From IMG/VR virus record IMGVR_UViG_638341086_000010: a stretch of 39,725 nucleotides of DNA; one strand, 5' to 3'. The DNA is from a virus. Lineage: Duplodnaviria > Heunggongvirae > Uroviricota > Caudoviricetes. The notes under the pieces are model-generated. The model saw only the letters and a list, made by a program, of their open reading frames with translations, did not search any database and was not told the DNA's origin. The position numbers were made by a program, and so were the translations under genes. Of the stretch, positions 27,236 to 35,257 are shown one piece after another. Positions within the stretch are counted from its first letter, which is position 1, and every line of letters starts with the position of its first letter.

Positions 27236-27787
27236 CTACTTTATCTCATAAACTGGTGTTATCTCAGCGGTTGCGATTTTATTAGCATTAAGCATATAAC
27301 CAACTAACGCTCCGCTGGAGTTAGAATCTACAGGAATCTTTTCAGTTTTTAGAGCCCATACTTTAAACTGGTAATGATGTGGTTTATCTCCTTTAGGAGG
27401 ACATGCGCCACCAAACCCAGCATAGCCAAAATCATTTCGGCCTTGAACAGCACCAGTCGGCAGTTTTGTTCCATCACGTCTCCCTGCATCAACGGGCAAA
27501 TATGTTATTGTTGCTGGAATATTAACAACAGTCCAATGCCACCAACCACTGCCTGTAGGTGCATCTGGATCATATACAGTTACGGCAAAGCTTTTGGTAC
27601 CTTCAGGAACACCAGACCAGGTTAATGAGGGCGATGTATTACCACCTTCACACCCAAATCCAGAAAAGACATGAGACGTTGTAAGTTGCTCTCCTGTTTT
27701 TATTTCATTACTAGTGACCTGAAATGCTGCAGCCTGCGCAGAAAATGTTATGAATGCCAATACAGTTGAAACGATAAGTGTTTTCAT
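27236..27787 (-). CDS. ybcL: Secreted PEBP/RKIP-family protein, 183 aa, YbcL-like
   Basis: N-terminal signal peptide MKTLIVSTVLAFITFSAQAAA followed by PEBP-like motifs (…YDPDAP… …GxHHY…); matches DLP12 YbcL as recalled. Confidence 0.8.
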   Translation of the reverse strand: MKTLIVSTVLAFITFSAQAAAFQVTSNEIKTGEQLTTSHVFSGFGCEGGNTSPSLTWSGVPEGTKSFAVTVYDPDAPTGSGWWHWTVVNIPATITYLPVDAGRRDGTKLPTGAVQGRNDFGYAGFGGACPPKGDKPHHYQFKVWALKTEKIPVDSNSSGALVGYMLNANKIATAEITPVYEIK

Positions 27788-28003
27788 AAAAACCTCTTTG
27801 TTATGACCTATCGTTATTTTATTTGATATTCCTTTATCTCATTATGCATAAAGGCGCAATGTTTATGCAAAAGCAATCACAATTGTACCCCCAACCCAAT
27901 TATTTGCCACAATATACACAAAGCACATTGATACTATCTAAAAACTCTGCTTTATTATTAGTAATACCTACGAAAGTCGGTGTTATTTTTTAACCTACCA
28001 TTC

Positions 28004-28053
28004 AAAATACGTGACATACACCATTTTGCTCATAATAATTTGTCACGTATTTT
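28004..28053. repeat. 13-bp perfect inverted repeat AAAATACGTGACA ... TGTCACGTATTTT with 24-bp spacer in the ybcK-ybcL intergenic region
   Basis: Read directly from sequence, in an AT-rich roughly 460-bp intergenic region upstream of ybcL. Function unknown (operator or recombinase site). Confidence 0.4.
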
Positions 28054-28251
28054 CAGTATTTGAATCTGCGACCAAGAGTTCTCACCTAACAAATGATTAA
28101 GATTGTATAGCTCATTTACTACCCCAATACAGCCGTACAAAACTCGCTTGTGGGAGCAAACAAAGTAATTACCCATTAAGTTTCGTCAAAGATAATTAAT
28201 TCTGTCTTGCACTTTATCACCATAGCATAACTTAAAATCCGAGATCATTAT

Positions 28252-29778
28252 TTAGAAATAAATCTCACCATCAACCATATATTTGAGAGCACTTATCGCC
28301 TGCTGGGCGTATATTACTTTCATTAAAGGATAGTGTTTAAAAACAATGCCATTCATAAAATAGATATCACAGGTTTTATTATCCGTATTAATTATGATTT
28401 TTTCGAATGTTTTATAGGCAAGTGTACGGCATAACTCTCGTCCATTTTTACTGGTTAAGTCAATAGCATAAAAATCACTGACTGAATTTACACCTTTACT
28501 CTTCAAAGTTTTCAATGATACCGAAGCCCTTCGTAATTCCTTATCTAATAGTCTTATTTTCTCTGCTATAGCGGTAACTTCAGGCGCGACAGACAATGCA
28601 ACGATTAAATTATTAATTTTCATCTGAAGCTCAATAATTTTTAACTCTAAAGTTTCATTAGCATCTTTCTTGTTTTCAACTGGTTGAATTTTGCTACAAT
28701 TAAAAAGCAATTCATTAATGATATTATAATCAACCAAATCTCTTTTTATTGATGGCCTGTCACATCGATGTAATCTTCTCATCGGACAAACATAATAGCC
28801 ATGCAAACTTCCAGATACCGCATGAACAATCATGGTATTACCACAAGCCTCACACTTCATAACTGTTCGAAGTAGATTTATTAGCATAGGATTCTTGCTA
28901 CTATTGCTAATACCAAAAGGTGCCAACCGAATTTCCTGTACAGCGTAAAACAAATCATCTGATATAACTCTGGGATAATAGCCAGCGATTTCACTTATCC
29001 CTTTCCCTCTTGCACGATATGAAGGTACGCATATACCTATCAGAGCTTTATTCGCTAATAATTTTTCAATTACAGAAGGTCCCCATGCACTTTCTTTTCC
29101 TGAGAAATTCTTTACAGCATGATCATTTAAATACTTGGCTATTGCATTCAATGAGCGCCTTTCCATCCTGAGTTTAAAAATTAGCTCAATAGTTTTCACC
29201 CTGTCGGGGTCTGGAACAAAAGCCGTTCTTTTGTCATCTAAGGAGAGCCATCTCGGACAAGACGCCGTCATAATCGTACCTGATTCCATTGCATCCTGCC
29301 GTTTTTTCTTCCATGATAATTTAACCCTACTTGACTTTATCTCGCTTTCTTCATTTGCCCTTTGTGCTATAAGTATGGCTTTTATTAATGAATATGGCTC
29401 ATTCAAAGAGTCAATATTATAGACTGTATTGTCGCAAAGAGTTATAACATCAATACCGTGATTCAAAATCAATTTCAGACGTTCAATCGCTTCACCGACT
29501 TTTTCTCTTGAAAGTCTGTCCAGACTTTCAACTAACAATGTAGTTCCTGGCAATATATAACCATGCTCTATAGCATCTAAAAATTCCGAAAAAGCTCCTG
29601 ATTGTGCATGCTTTCCTTTGAATGCACTTAATCCTAAATCTTCATATGTTATGGTATCAAGATAATAATCACTATTTACCTTTAACCATTCAGCAATAAG
29701 TCTTCTCTGTCGGTTTAATGAGTCACCAGACATCTGACCTGGTGATGAAAATCGCATATATGCTATGGCTTTTTTCAT
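28252..29778 (-). CDS. ybcK: Large serine recombinase, 508 aa, YbcK-like
   Basis: N-terminal resolvase-type catalytic domain (MKKAIAYMRFSSPGQ…) followed by a long recombinase extension with Cys-rich motif (CEACG…C…C), typical of large serine recombinases; matches DLP12 YbcK as recalled. The gene is markedly AT-rich. Confidence 0.85.
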   Translation of the reverse strand: MKKAIAYMRFSSPGQMSGDSLNRQRRLIAEWLKVNSDYYLDTITYEDLGLSAFKGKHAQSGAFSEFLDAIEHGYILPGTTLLVESLDRLSREKVGEAIERLKLILNHGIDVITLCDNTVYNIDSLNEPYSLIKAILIAQRANEESEIKSSRVKLSWKKKRQDAMESGTIMTASCPRWLSLDDKRTAFVPDPDRVKTIELIFKLRMERRSLNAIAKYLNDHAVKNFSGKESAWGPSVIEKLLANKALIGICVPSYRARGKGISEIAGYYPRVISDDLFYAVQEIRLAPFGISNSSKNPMLINLLRTVMKCEACGNTMIVHAVSGSLHGYYVCPMRRLHRCDRPSIKRDLVDYNIINELLFNCSKIQPVENKKDANETLELKIIELQMKINNLIVALSVAPEVTAIAEKIRLLDKELRRASVSLKTLKSKGVNSVSDFYAIDLTSKNGRELCRTLAYKTFEKIIINTDNKTCDIYFMNGIVFKHYPLMKVIYAQQAISALKYMVDGEIYF

Positions 29779-30032
29779 GGTGACACCTGCTAACGTATGC
29801 TTTTATAAACCTTAGTGGTGGGATATAATTTTTGTTTAATTTTTATTTAAAAAGACAATTAAGGTCACATTATCTTGAATATACAACAATAATCGTATTG
29901 CAATTTTCTTACGCCATAATCTTGAAAGCACAAAAGAATACATAAAAAATAAAGACATTAACAAAAAGCATAAAACGAGGCTCATATAAATATAAGAGCC
30001 TCCATATTTTAGTCGTTTAGAAACAAATTATT

Positions 30033-30365
30033 TTAATGTGGTGTGCTTCGTGACAATAAATTAATAACCAACACACCGGCACAAATCAACATCATGCCTA
30101 TAATGGCTGGCAGGTCCAGCCGTTGGCCGAAAAATCCCCATGACAGTAAACTAATCAGGACAATACCGACTCCTGACCAGATAGCATAAGCAATCCCTGT
30201 AGGAATATAAGCCAGCGTCTGAGCTAATAACCAGAATGATGCACAATAACAAATAATTGTACCAACAGATGGCCATAACCGTGTAAAACCTTCTGAAAAC
30301 TTCATTAAGGTTGTACCAATGACCTCTGCAAGTATTGCACCACCAAGATAAATATAAGGGTTCAT
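30033..30365 (-). CDS. emrE: Small multidrug resistance (SMR) efflux transporter EmrE, 110 aa
   Basis: From MNPYIYLGGAILAEVIGTTLMKFSEGFTRLWPSVG the translation matches E. coli EmrE as recalled (four TM helices, conserved Glu14); internal ATG at 30365 chosen over the ORF-track start. Confidence 0.9.
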   Translation of the reverse strand: MNPYIYLGGAILAEVIGTTLMKFSEGFTRLWPSVGTIICYCASFWLLAQTLAYIPTGIAYAIWSGVGIVLISLLSWGFFGQRLDLPAIIGMMLICAGVLVINLLSRSTPH

Positions 30366-30432
30366 AGCATATTCTTTCCTGTTCAAACTGGAGAGAATTG
30401 TACTACAGTTTGAACTCAACTCACCTGTTTCA

Positions 30433-30735
30433 TCATTGTGTTCCCATTGATGTTCTTTTATATACCCTCAATACCCGTTTCATCGCGGCACTCTGGCGAC
30501 ACTCCTTAAAAATCAGATTCGTGCTCACCTTTCCTTCCCGTTCTTCTCTGGTAGCGAACCGGTAATACACCGTTCGCCAGACCTTACCATCAACGACCAG
30601 GATTCCTGCCCGCGCCATTTTAGCCGCAGCCTGATTTATGCTGGTTACGGTTGCGCCTGTTACCGCGGCAACGTCCTGTGCACAGAAGCTCTTATGCGTC
30701 CCCAGGTAATGAATAATTGCCTCTTTGCCCGTCAT
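30433..30735 (-). CDS. ren: Ren-like protein (Rex-exclusion escape), 100 aa
   Basis: Translation MTGKEAIIHYLGTHKSFCAQDVAAVTGATVTSINQAAAKMARAG... matches lambda Ren as recalled; 4-nt overlap with P. Confidence 0.85.
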   Translation of the reverse strand: MTGKEAIIHYLGTHKSFCAQDVAAVTGATVTSINQAAAKMARAGILVVDGKVWRTVYYRFATREEREGKVSTNLIFKECRQSAAMKRVLRVYKRTSMGTQ

Positions 30736-31433
30736 ACACTTGCTCCTTTCAGTCCGAACTTAGCTTTAATTTCTGCGATCTTCGCCAGAGCCTGTGCACG
30801 ATTTAGAGGTCTACCGCCCATAACAGGAAGTTGTTTTACTGGTTCAGGTATCGTCTCACCACGGTTAATTCGCGCTGTCATACAGGTCAGTTCATCGGCA
30901 GCCTTGCGCCGTAATTCCGCGTCAGTCAGCGCATTGGCCCGCATGTTCTGGTACAAGTTGGTAACCAACCAGTAATGCGCGTTCGATTTCCACGGATAAG
31001 ACTCTGCATCCGGATACAGGCCACGCTTCCGGCAATACTCGTAAACCATATCAACCAGCTCGCTGACGTTTGGCAGCCCGGCGTTAACAGATGCTTCTTC
31101 CCGGCACCAGGCGACAAACTGCCCGGGTGATGGCAGGAATGGTCGATTCTGCCGACGGGCTACGCGCATTCCAGCGTTAACCTGTTCCATTGTGGTGATC
31201 CCGTTTTCCCGGAAAGCCAGAACCCACTGGCGGCGGATTTCGTTCAGTTCATTCTGGTCACGGTTAGCCAGGCTCGCCGGGAAAGTTGCCAGTAACTGGC
31301 TTAACACACCGTTGATGATCTGCGCTACCTGCTGTACCTGTGGCTTTTCGTCGTACTGTTCCGGCATGTTGTTGGCGATCCGGCGCATCTGCTCACAGTC
31401 AAAGTTAACCATCTGTGCGGCGATGTTTTTCAT
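30732..31433 (-). CDS. P: Replication protein P (DnaB helicase loader), 233 aa
   Basis: 233 aa, the same length as lambda P, N-terminus MKNIAAQMVNFDCEQMRRIANNMPEQYDEKPQVQQVAQ.... Confidence 0.93.
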   Translation of the reverse strand: MKNIAAQMVNFDCEQMRRIANNMPEQYDEKPQVQQVAQIINGVLSQLLATFPASLANRDQNELNEIRRQWVLAFRENGITTMEQVNAGMRVARRQNRPFLPSPGQFVAWCREEASVNAGLPNVSELVDMVYEYCRKRGLYPDAESYPWKSNAHYWLVTNLYQNMRANALTDAELRRKAADELTCMTARINRGETIPEPVKQLPVMGGRPLNRAQALAKIAEIKAKFGLKGASV

Positions 31434-32359
31434 AGCTCCACCCCGTAAATCCAGTCAGTGTTCGTCAGGTCGAGTTTTGGTTTGCCGGCTGTCACGCCAG
31501 CCTGTTGCTTGTTTCGGTTGATTTCGAGCTGGGTCCACTTGTCGCGGAGTTTGGCCGGACTTAGCACGTTACCGGACCAGAAGTTGTCCTGGCATGCCCA
31601 GCGGAACAGCACGCACATGTCGCGGTGGTTACGTCCGTCACGTTCACGCATCAGGCGGATATCGTTAGCCCACCCTGCAAAATTCGGTTTTCTGGCTGAT
31701 GGCGCGATGGTCTTCACCATGTCAAACATCCACTCTGCGGCGGTCAGGTCTTCTGCTGTCCCCCACTTGCTGCCGCTCTGAATTGCAGCATCCGGTTTCA
31801 CCACAGGAAGATCGTTTTCTGGTTGGTCAGAGGATTCGCCAGAATTCTCGGACGAAAAAGGTTTTATATTGTCTTTTGTTAGTTTGTCTTTTGTGTTTAC
31901 CTGATTCGGGTAAACGCCTTTACCTGATTTGGGTAAACTTTTTTTACCTGATTCAGGTAAATTTACCTCTTTCAGGTAAACTTTATTTTTCTTACCTGAT
32001 TCGGGTAATGTTGACCATTCACTGACCACATTATTAATGCCGGTATTCCGCCCGCTCTGAATAAAAATCCCACGCTTTACCAGAACACTTTTTGCAGCAG
32101 AACACTTGTGCGGCAATATCCCGGTTAATTCGGAAAGTTGCTCGTTGCTAACCCAATCCAGTTTTTTATTAAAGCCATATGTTTTGCGCATGACAGCCAG
32201 AAAGACCAGAAGCTGGTGCTGTGTTAATCCGGCCAGCATCACAGCTTCCAGCAACTCATTTGCAATGCGCGTATAACCATCATCGAGATCTGCCACGCGC
32301 GGCTCCTTTTGTGCCGCATCCGGCACTGGAAAATTGAATATCTCAGCAGTGTTTGCCAT
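31430..32359 (-). CDS. O: Replication initiator O, about 309 aa, with lambda-like P-interacting C-terminus; an in-frame upstream ATG at 32449 would give 339 aa
   Basis: From MANTAEIFNF…VADLDDGY the N-terminus parallels lambda O (MTNTAKILNF…VADLDDGY); GGGAGGA RBS before the 32359 ATG. The upstream ATG at 32449 overlaps the YdaT-like stop as ATGA. Iterons lie inside the gene. Confidence 0.85.
   Translation of the reverse strand: MANTAEIFNFPVPDAAQKEPRVADLDDGYTRIANELLEAVMLAGLTQHQLLVFLAVMRKTYGFNKKLDWVSNEQLSELTGILPHKCSAAKSVLVKRGIFIQSGRNTGINNVVSEWSTLPESGKKNKVYLKEVNLPESGKKSLPKSGKGVYPNQVNTKDKLTKDNIKPFSSENSGESSDQPENDLPVVKPDAAIQSGSKWGTAEDLTAAEWMFDMVKTIAPSARKPNFAGWANDIRLMRERDGRNHRDMCVLFRWACQDNFWSGNVLSPAKLRDKWTQLEINRNKQQAGVTAGKPKLDLTNTDWIYGVEL
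31897..32010. repeat. ori: Replication origin iterons: five roughly 19-bp copies of TTACCTGATTCGGGTAAAC-like repeats with an AT-rich patch, inside the O gene
   Basis: Five directly repeated units (TTACCTGATTCGGGTAAAC, TTACCTGATTTGGGTAAAC, TTACCTGATTCAGGTAAAT, TTACCTCTTTCAGGTAAAC, TTACCTGATTCGGGTAATG), each internally dyad-symmetric (TTACC…GGTAA); position within O mirrors lambda ori. Confidence 0.8.
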
Positions 32360-32445
32360 AATTCCTCCCGCAATGAGTGTGTTACGATTTGCACCTGAAA
32401 GTCGGCTCTGTTCCAGCAGACCGGCTTTCGCCATTTCTGAACCTG

Positions 32446-32985
32446 TCATATCGCCCCCAGCATGGTAGTAACCATCGCCATCAATGGACCAGCCAGATCT
32501 GGGTCCACACGAAACATCGACACAATACCTTCACTAATTTCCTTCAGTTTCTGGTGGCGTGGTGCGTTGAGAATGACAGCCTGTTTTGCCTCACTGAGTT
32601 CCTTTTCCATTTCAGCCAACCTAGCCATGAAGCTATCCTGCTCAACCAGGTAACCGCGATATTCCAGCGGTAGTACCGCCAGAATTGCCGGGGTCAGTTC
32701 ACGCACGTTATTTCGGTATTTTTCAGAATCGAATTTGTTATCGAGGAAGCGGAACAGCTTCTGGCGTGCACGGCTGACATCATCAGGGAAATCGATGGTG
32801 CCGCCGCCCTGCTCCCGATACTCATTCACAATGAGTGTGGCAACGACATCCTGATTATCTACAGCCGACCAGGCGCGGACGGCATCACGGATTTTTTCGT
32901 GGCCTGGCACCTGTTTTGTTTGAGAACGATTTATCACCGCAGTCGGGCTAAATCCGCTAGTCTGTTGGTATGTAAGTGGTTGCAT
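32446..32985 (-). CDS. YdaT-like (Rac prophage CII-position) regulatory protein, 179 aa
   Basis: Sits in the cII position between the cro-like gene and O; motifs (…EYREQGGG… …LTPAILAVLPLEYR…) resemble Rac YdaT as recalled; AAGGAG RBS. Confidence 0.7.
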   Translation of the reverse strand: MQPLTYQQTSGFSPTAVINRSQTKQVPGHEKIRDAVRAWSAVDNQDVVATLIVNEYREQGGGTIDFPDDVSRARQKLFRFLDNKFDSEKYRNNVRELTPAILAVLPLEYRGYLVEQDSFMARLAEMEKELSEAKQAVILNAPRHQKLKEISEGIVSMFRVDPDLAGPLMAMVTTMLGAI

Positions 32986-33053
32986 AATTGCTCCTTTAGT
33001 TTGAATTGACTGTTAAGTTGATTGCTTATTGTTAAAGAGCGTGAAATGGAAAT

Positions 33054-33284
33054 TTAAGCTGCGTTCTTTTCGGTGTGTGGAAACAACTTCGGAAGATCCG
33101 GGCGAATCTGGTATGCCTTCACTACTCCACCAGTAGCCGTAACAATGCTGCCGACATGTTCAGGGGATACCTTTGCTTTGTTGTGAAGCCACTTATAGAC
33201 GGCCTGCTGTGAAACTTCGCAAGCAGCGCCCAGTTTCTTTTGTGAACCAACGATATTGATCGCTGTTTTGATAGCTGGGTTCAT
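33054..33284 (-). CDS. Cro/YdaS-like HTH repressor, 76 aa
   Basis: Small HTH protein (…KKLGAACEVSQQAVYKWL…) divergent from cI across an operator region; GGAGG RBS. Confidence 0.8.
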   Translation of the reverse strand: MNPAIKTAINIVGSQKKLGAACEVSQQAVYKWLHNKAKVSPEHVGSIVTATGGVVKAYQIRPDLPKLFPHTEKNAA

Positions 33285-33318
33285 AACAACCTCCGTGGTT
33301 AATTTGAATCAAGATTAA

Positions 33319-33379
33319 AACCATGGTTGTTTTTAGTCAACAACCATTTTCGTTTGATGAAATAAAACCTTGGTTGTAC
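33319..33379. promoter_or_regulatory. Right operator region (OR-like): repeated AACCATGGTTG / CAACCAT / AACCTTGGTTG dyad motifs between the divergent cro-like and cI genes
   Basis: Three related palindromic motifs within the 104-bp divergent intergenic region. Individual promoter hexamers were not assigned. Confidence 0.55.
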
Positions 33380-33388
33380 ATTTGGACT

Positions 33389-34078
33389 ATGAAAACAACA
33401 CTCTCAGAAAGACTTAAAGAAGCCAGATTAGCGCGAGGCCTTACACAAAAGGCGCTTGGGGATTTGGTCGGGGTTAGCCAGGCTGCTATTCAGAAAATCG
33501 AAACAGGGAAAGCTAATCAAACAACTAAAATCGTGGAGATCGCGAACGCTTTGGGTGTGCGCGCAGAATGGTTATCTTCTGGCGTTGGAAATATGTCAGA
33601 CAGTACAGTGCAACCAATACAATCAACTGTCAGCCATTCCAAATACTTCAAGATTGACGTTCTTGATATAGAAGTCAGTGCTGGGCCGGGAGTCATCAAC
33701 CGTGAGTTTGTAGAAGTTCTACGCTCGGTTGAGTACTCGTTTGACGATGCTCGTCACATGTTCGATGGTAGGAAGGCGGAAAATATCCGCATCATTAACG
33801 TGCGTGGTGACAGCATGTCAGGAACGATCGAACCAGGTGATCTGCTGTTCGTTGATATCACAGTTAAATCTTTCGACGGTGATGGTATCTATGCGTTTCT
33901 GTACGACGACACAGCCCATGTAAAGCGCCTGCAAATGATGAAGGATAAGCTGCTGGTCATCTCTGATAACAAAAGCTACTCACCGTGGGACCCGATCGAG
34001 AAAGACGAGATGAACCGGGTGTTCATCTTCGGTAAGGTTATTGGGAGCATGCCGCAGACATATAGGAAGCATGGGTAG
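33389..34078 (+). CDS. cI: CI-type prophage repressor (N-terminal HTH plus C-terminal S24 LexA-like autopeptidase), about 229 aa
   Basis: HTH region (…LTQKALGDLVGVSQAAIQKIETG…) and S24 peptidase motifs (…GDSMSGTIEPGDLLFVD… …KRL…); ATG at 33389 chosen because the ORF-track start at 33323 lies inside the operator region. Confidence 0.85.
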   Translation: MKTTLSERLKEARLARGLTQKALGDLVGVSQAAIQKIETGKANQTTKIVEIANALGVRAEWLSSGVGNMSDSTVQPIQSTVSHSKYFKIDVLDIEVSAGPGVINREFVEVLRSVEYSFDDARHMFDGRKAENIRIINVRGDSMSGTIEPGDLLFVDITVKSFDGDGIYAFLYDDTAHVKRLQMMKDKLLVISDNKSYSPWDPIEKDEMNRVFIFGKVIGSMPQTYRKHG

Positions 34079-34199
34079 TACCAATTAAAAATTATCAACT
34101 GGGCATTGTGCTCATTCAGTAAAGAACTAATTCCTATCTTTGCTCTAGGTAGTAATATTAAGCCACCGCAATAATATCTTTACCTAACGGCGTAAGAAT

Positions 34200-34229
34200 C
34201 CCGGTCACCGTGCCGGGTTTTCTTTTGCC
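34200..34229 (+). terminator. Rho-independent terminator downstream of cI
   Basis: CCCGG-TCACCGTG-CCGGG followed by TTTTCTTTT on the plus strand. Confidence 0.6.
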
Positions 34230-34361
34230 CTCCCCTCATCACACACACCGTTAAAAAAACCACCATAACCTCGCTTCAGTTATCGCTATGCGATTCAAGT
34301 CACAAAATAAATCCATCCTAAATACAACCAGTTATATCTAAAGCAACCAATAAAACAACTT

Positions 34362-34396
34362 TTGTTGTTGACGATAAAACAACTATAGTTTTAAAT
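34362..34396 (+). promoter_or_regulatory. Candidate pL promoter with flanking operator-like dyad (AACAAC-N4-GTTGTT)
   Basis: TTGACG followed 17 nt later by TTAAAT; adjacent inverted repeat AACAACTTTTGTTGTT. Assignment is from sequence pattern and position only. Confidence 0.35.
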
Positions 34397-34589
34397 AAGT
34401 TCATCGCAACAACACAACGATACGGCAACTACCTGATTCACCGTTGCGATGACCGCTTAGATCCGCAGTTTGAATTTCAGCAGGCTTCGGGGAGTGCGAG
34501 GGGTGAAACGGACGCGTGAACGTCGGTGTGACCAGCTGAAATTAACTCAACATTTCATACCTTAGTCGCTTCAACGAGGCGGCTTAGTT

Positions 34590-34880
34590 ATGACAACCAG
34601 CGGCCATCCACCGCCTGAATACGCGCAGAAGTCTCTATATGTTCAGCAGCCCAGCTTACGGGCAGGAGTTTTTATGGTTCATCAACATTATGGAACGCAG
34701 ACCGTTAATCGAGGTGCGGTCATGCCAGGAATGCTGGTCAAACACAAAGATGGTACCTGGACTGCATCAGCTAATTTACGCGGACGGCTTTATCTGCATC
34801 GCGGCATCGAGCGCACTTATACCCGTGATTTGCTCGTGGAAGTTTTTCTCGACGGACGCGGTAACGGCCTGAATCACTAA
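34590..34880 (+). CDS. Hypothetical first protein of the early-left operon (96 aa as called; an internal start would give about 68 aa); possibly Kil/KilR-like
   Basis: First ORF after the pL leader, in the position where lambda has kil/cIII and Rac has kilR. Not arginine-rich, so not an N-type antiterminator. Function is a guess. Confidence 0.45.
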   Translation: MTTSGHPPPEYAQKSLYVQQPSLRAGVFMVHQHYGTQTVNRGAVMPGMLVKHKDGTWTASANLRGRLYLHRGIERTYTRDLLVEVFLDGRGNGLNH

Positions 34881-34955
34881 TCCCCTTTCCTGTTTTCCTA
34901 ATCAGCCTGGCATTTCGCGGGCGATATTTTCACAGCCATTTTCAGGAGGTCAGCC

Positions 34956-35252
34956 ATGAACGCTTATTACATTCAGGATCGTCTTGAGGCTCAGAGCTGG
35001 GCGCGTCACTACCAGCAGATCGCCCGTGAAGAGAAAGAGGCAGAACTGGCAGACGACATGGAAAAAGGCCTGCCCCAGCACCTGTTTGAATCGCTATGCA
35101 TCGATCATTTGCAACGCCACGGGGCCAGCAAAAAAGCCATTACCCGTGCGTTTGATGACGATGTTGAGTTTCAGGAGCGCATGGCAGAACACATCCAGTA
35201 CATGGTTGAAACCATTGCTCACCACCAGGTTGATATTGATTCAGAGGTATAA
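34956..35252 (+). CDS. gam: Gam (RecBCD inhibitor), short GamS form, 98 aa
   Basis: Translation [48 protein letters not shown]... matches lambda GamS as recalled; AGGAGG RBS. Confidence 0.93.
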   Translation: MNAYYIQDRLEAQSWARHYQQIAREEKEAELADDMEKGLPQHLFESLCIDHLQRHGASKKAITRAFDDDVEFQERMAEHIQYMVETIAHHQVDIDSEV

Positions 35253-35257
35253 AACGG

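Noticed and set aside
34079-34590. Searched for an N antiterminator gene and canonical nutL (boxA CGCTCTTA plus boxB hairpin) between cI and gam
   Set aside because: No arginine-rich ORF and no convincing boxA/boxB pair; the region is treated as an N-less leader and reported as a finding instead.
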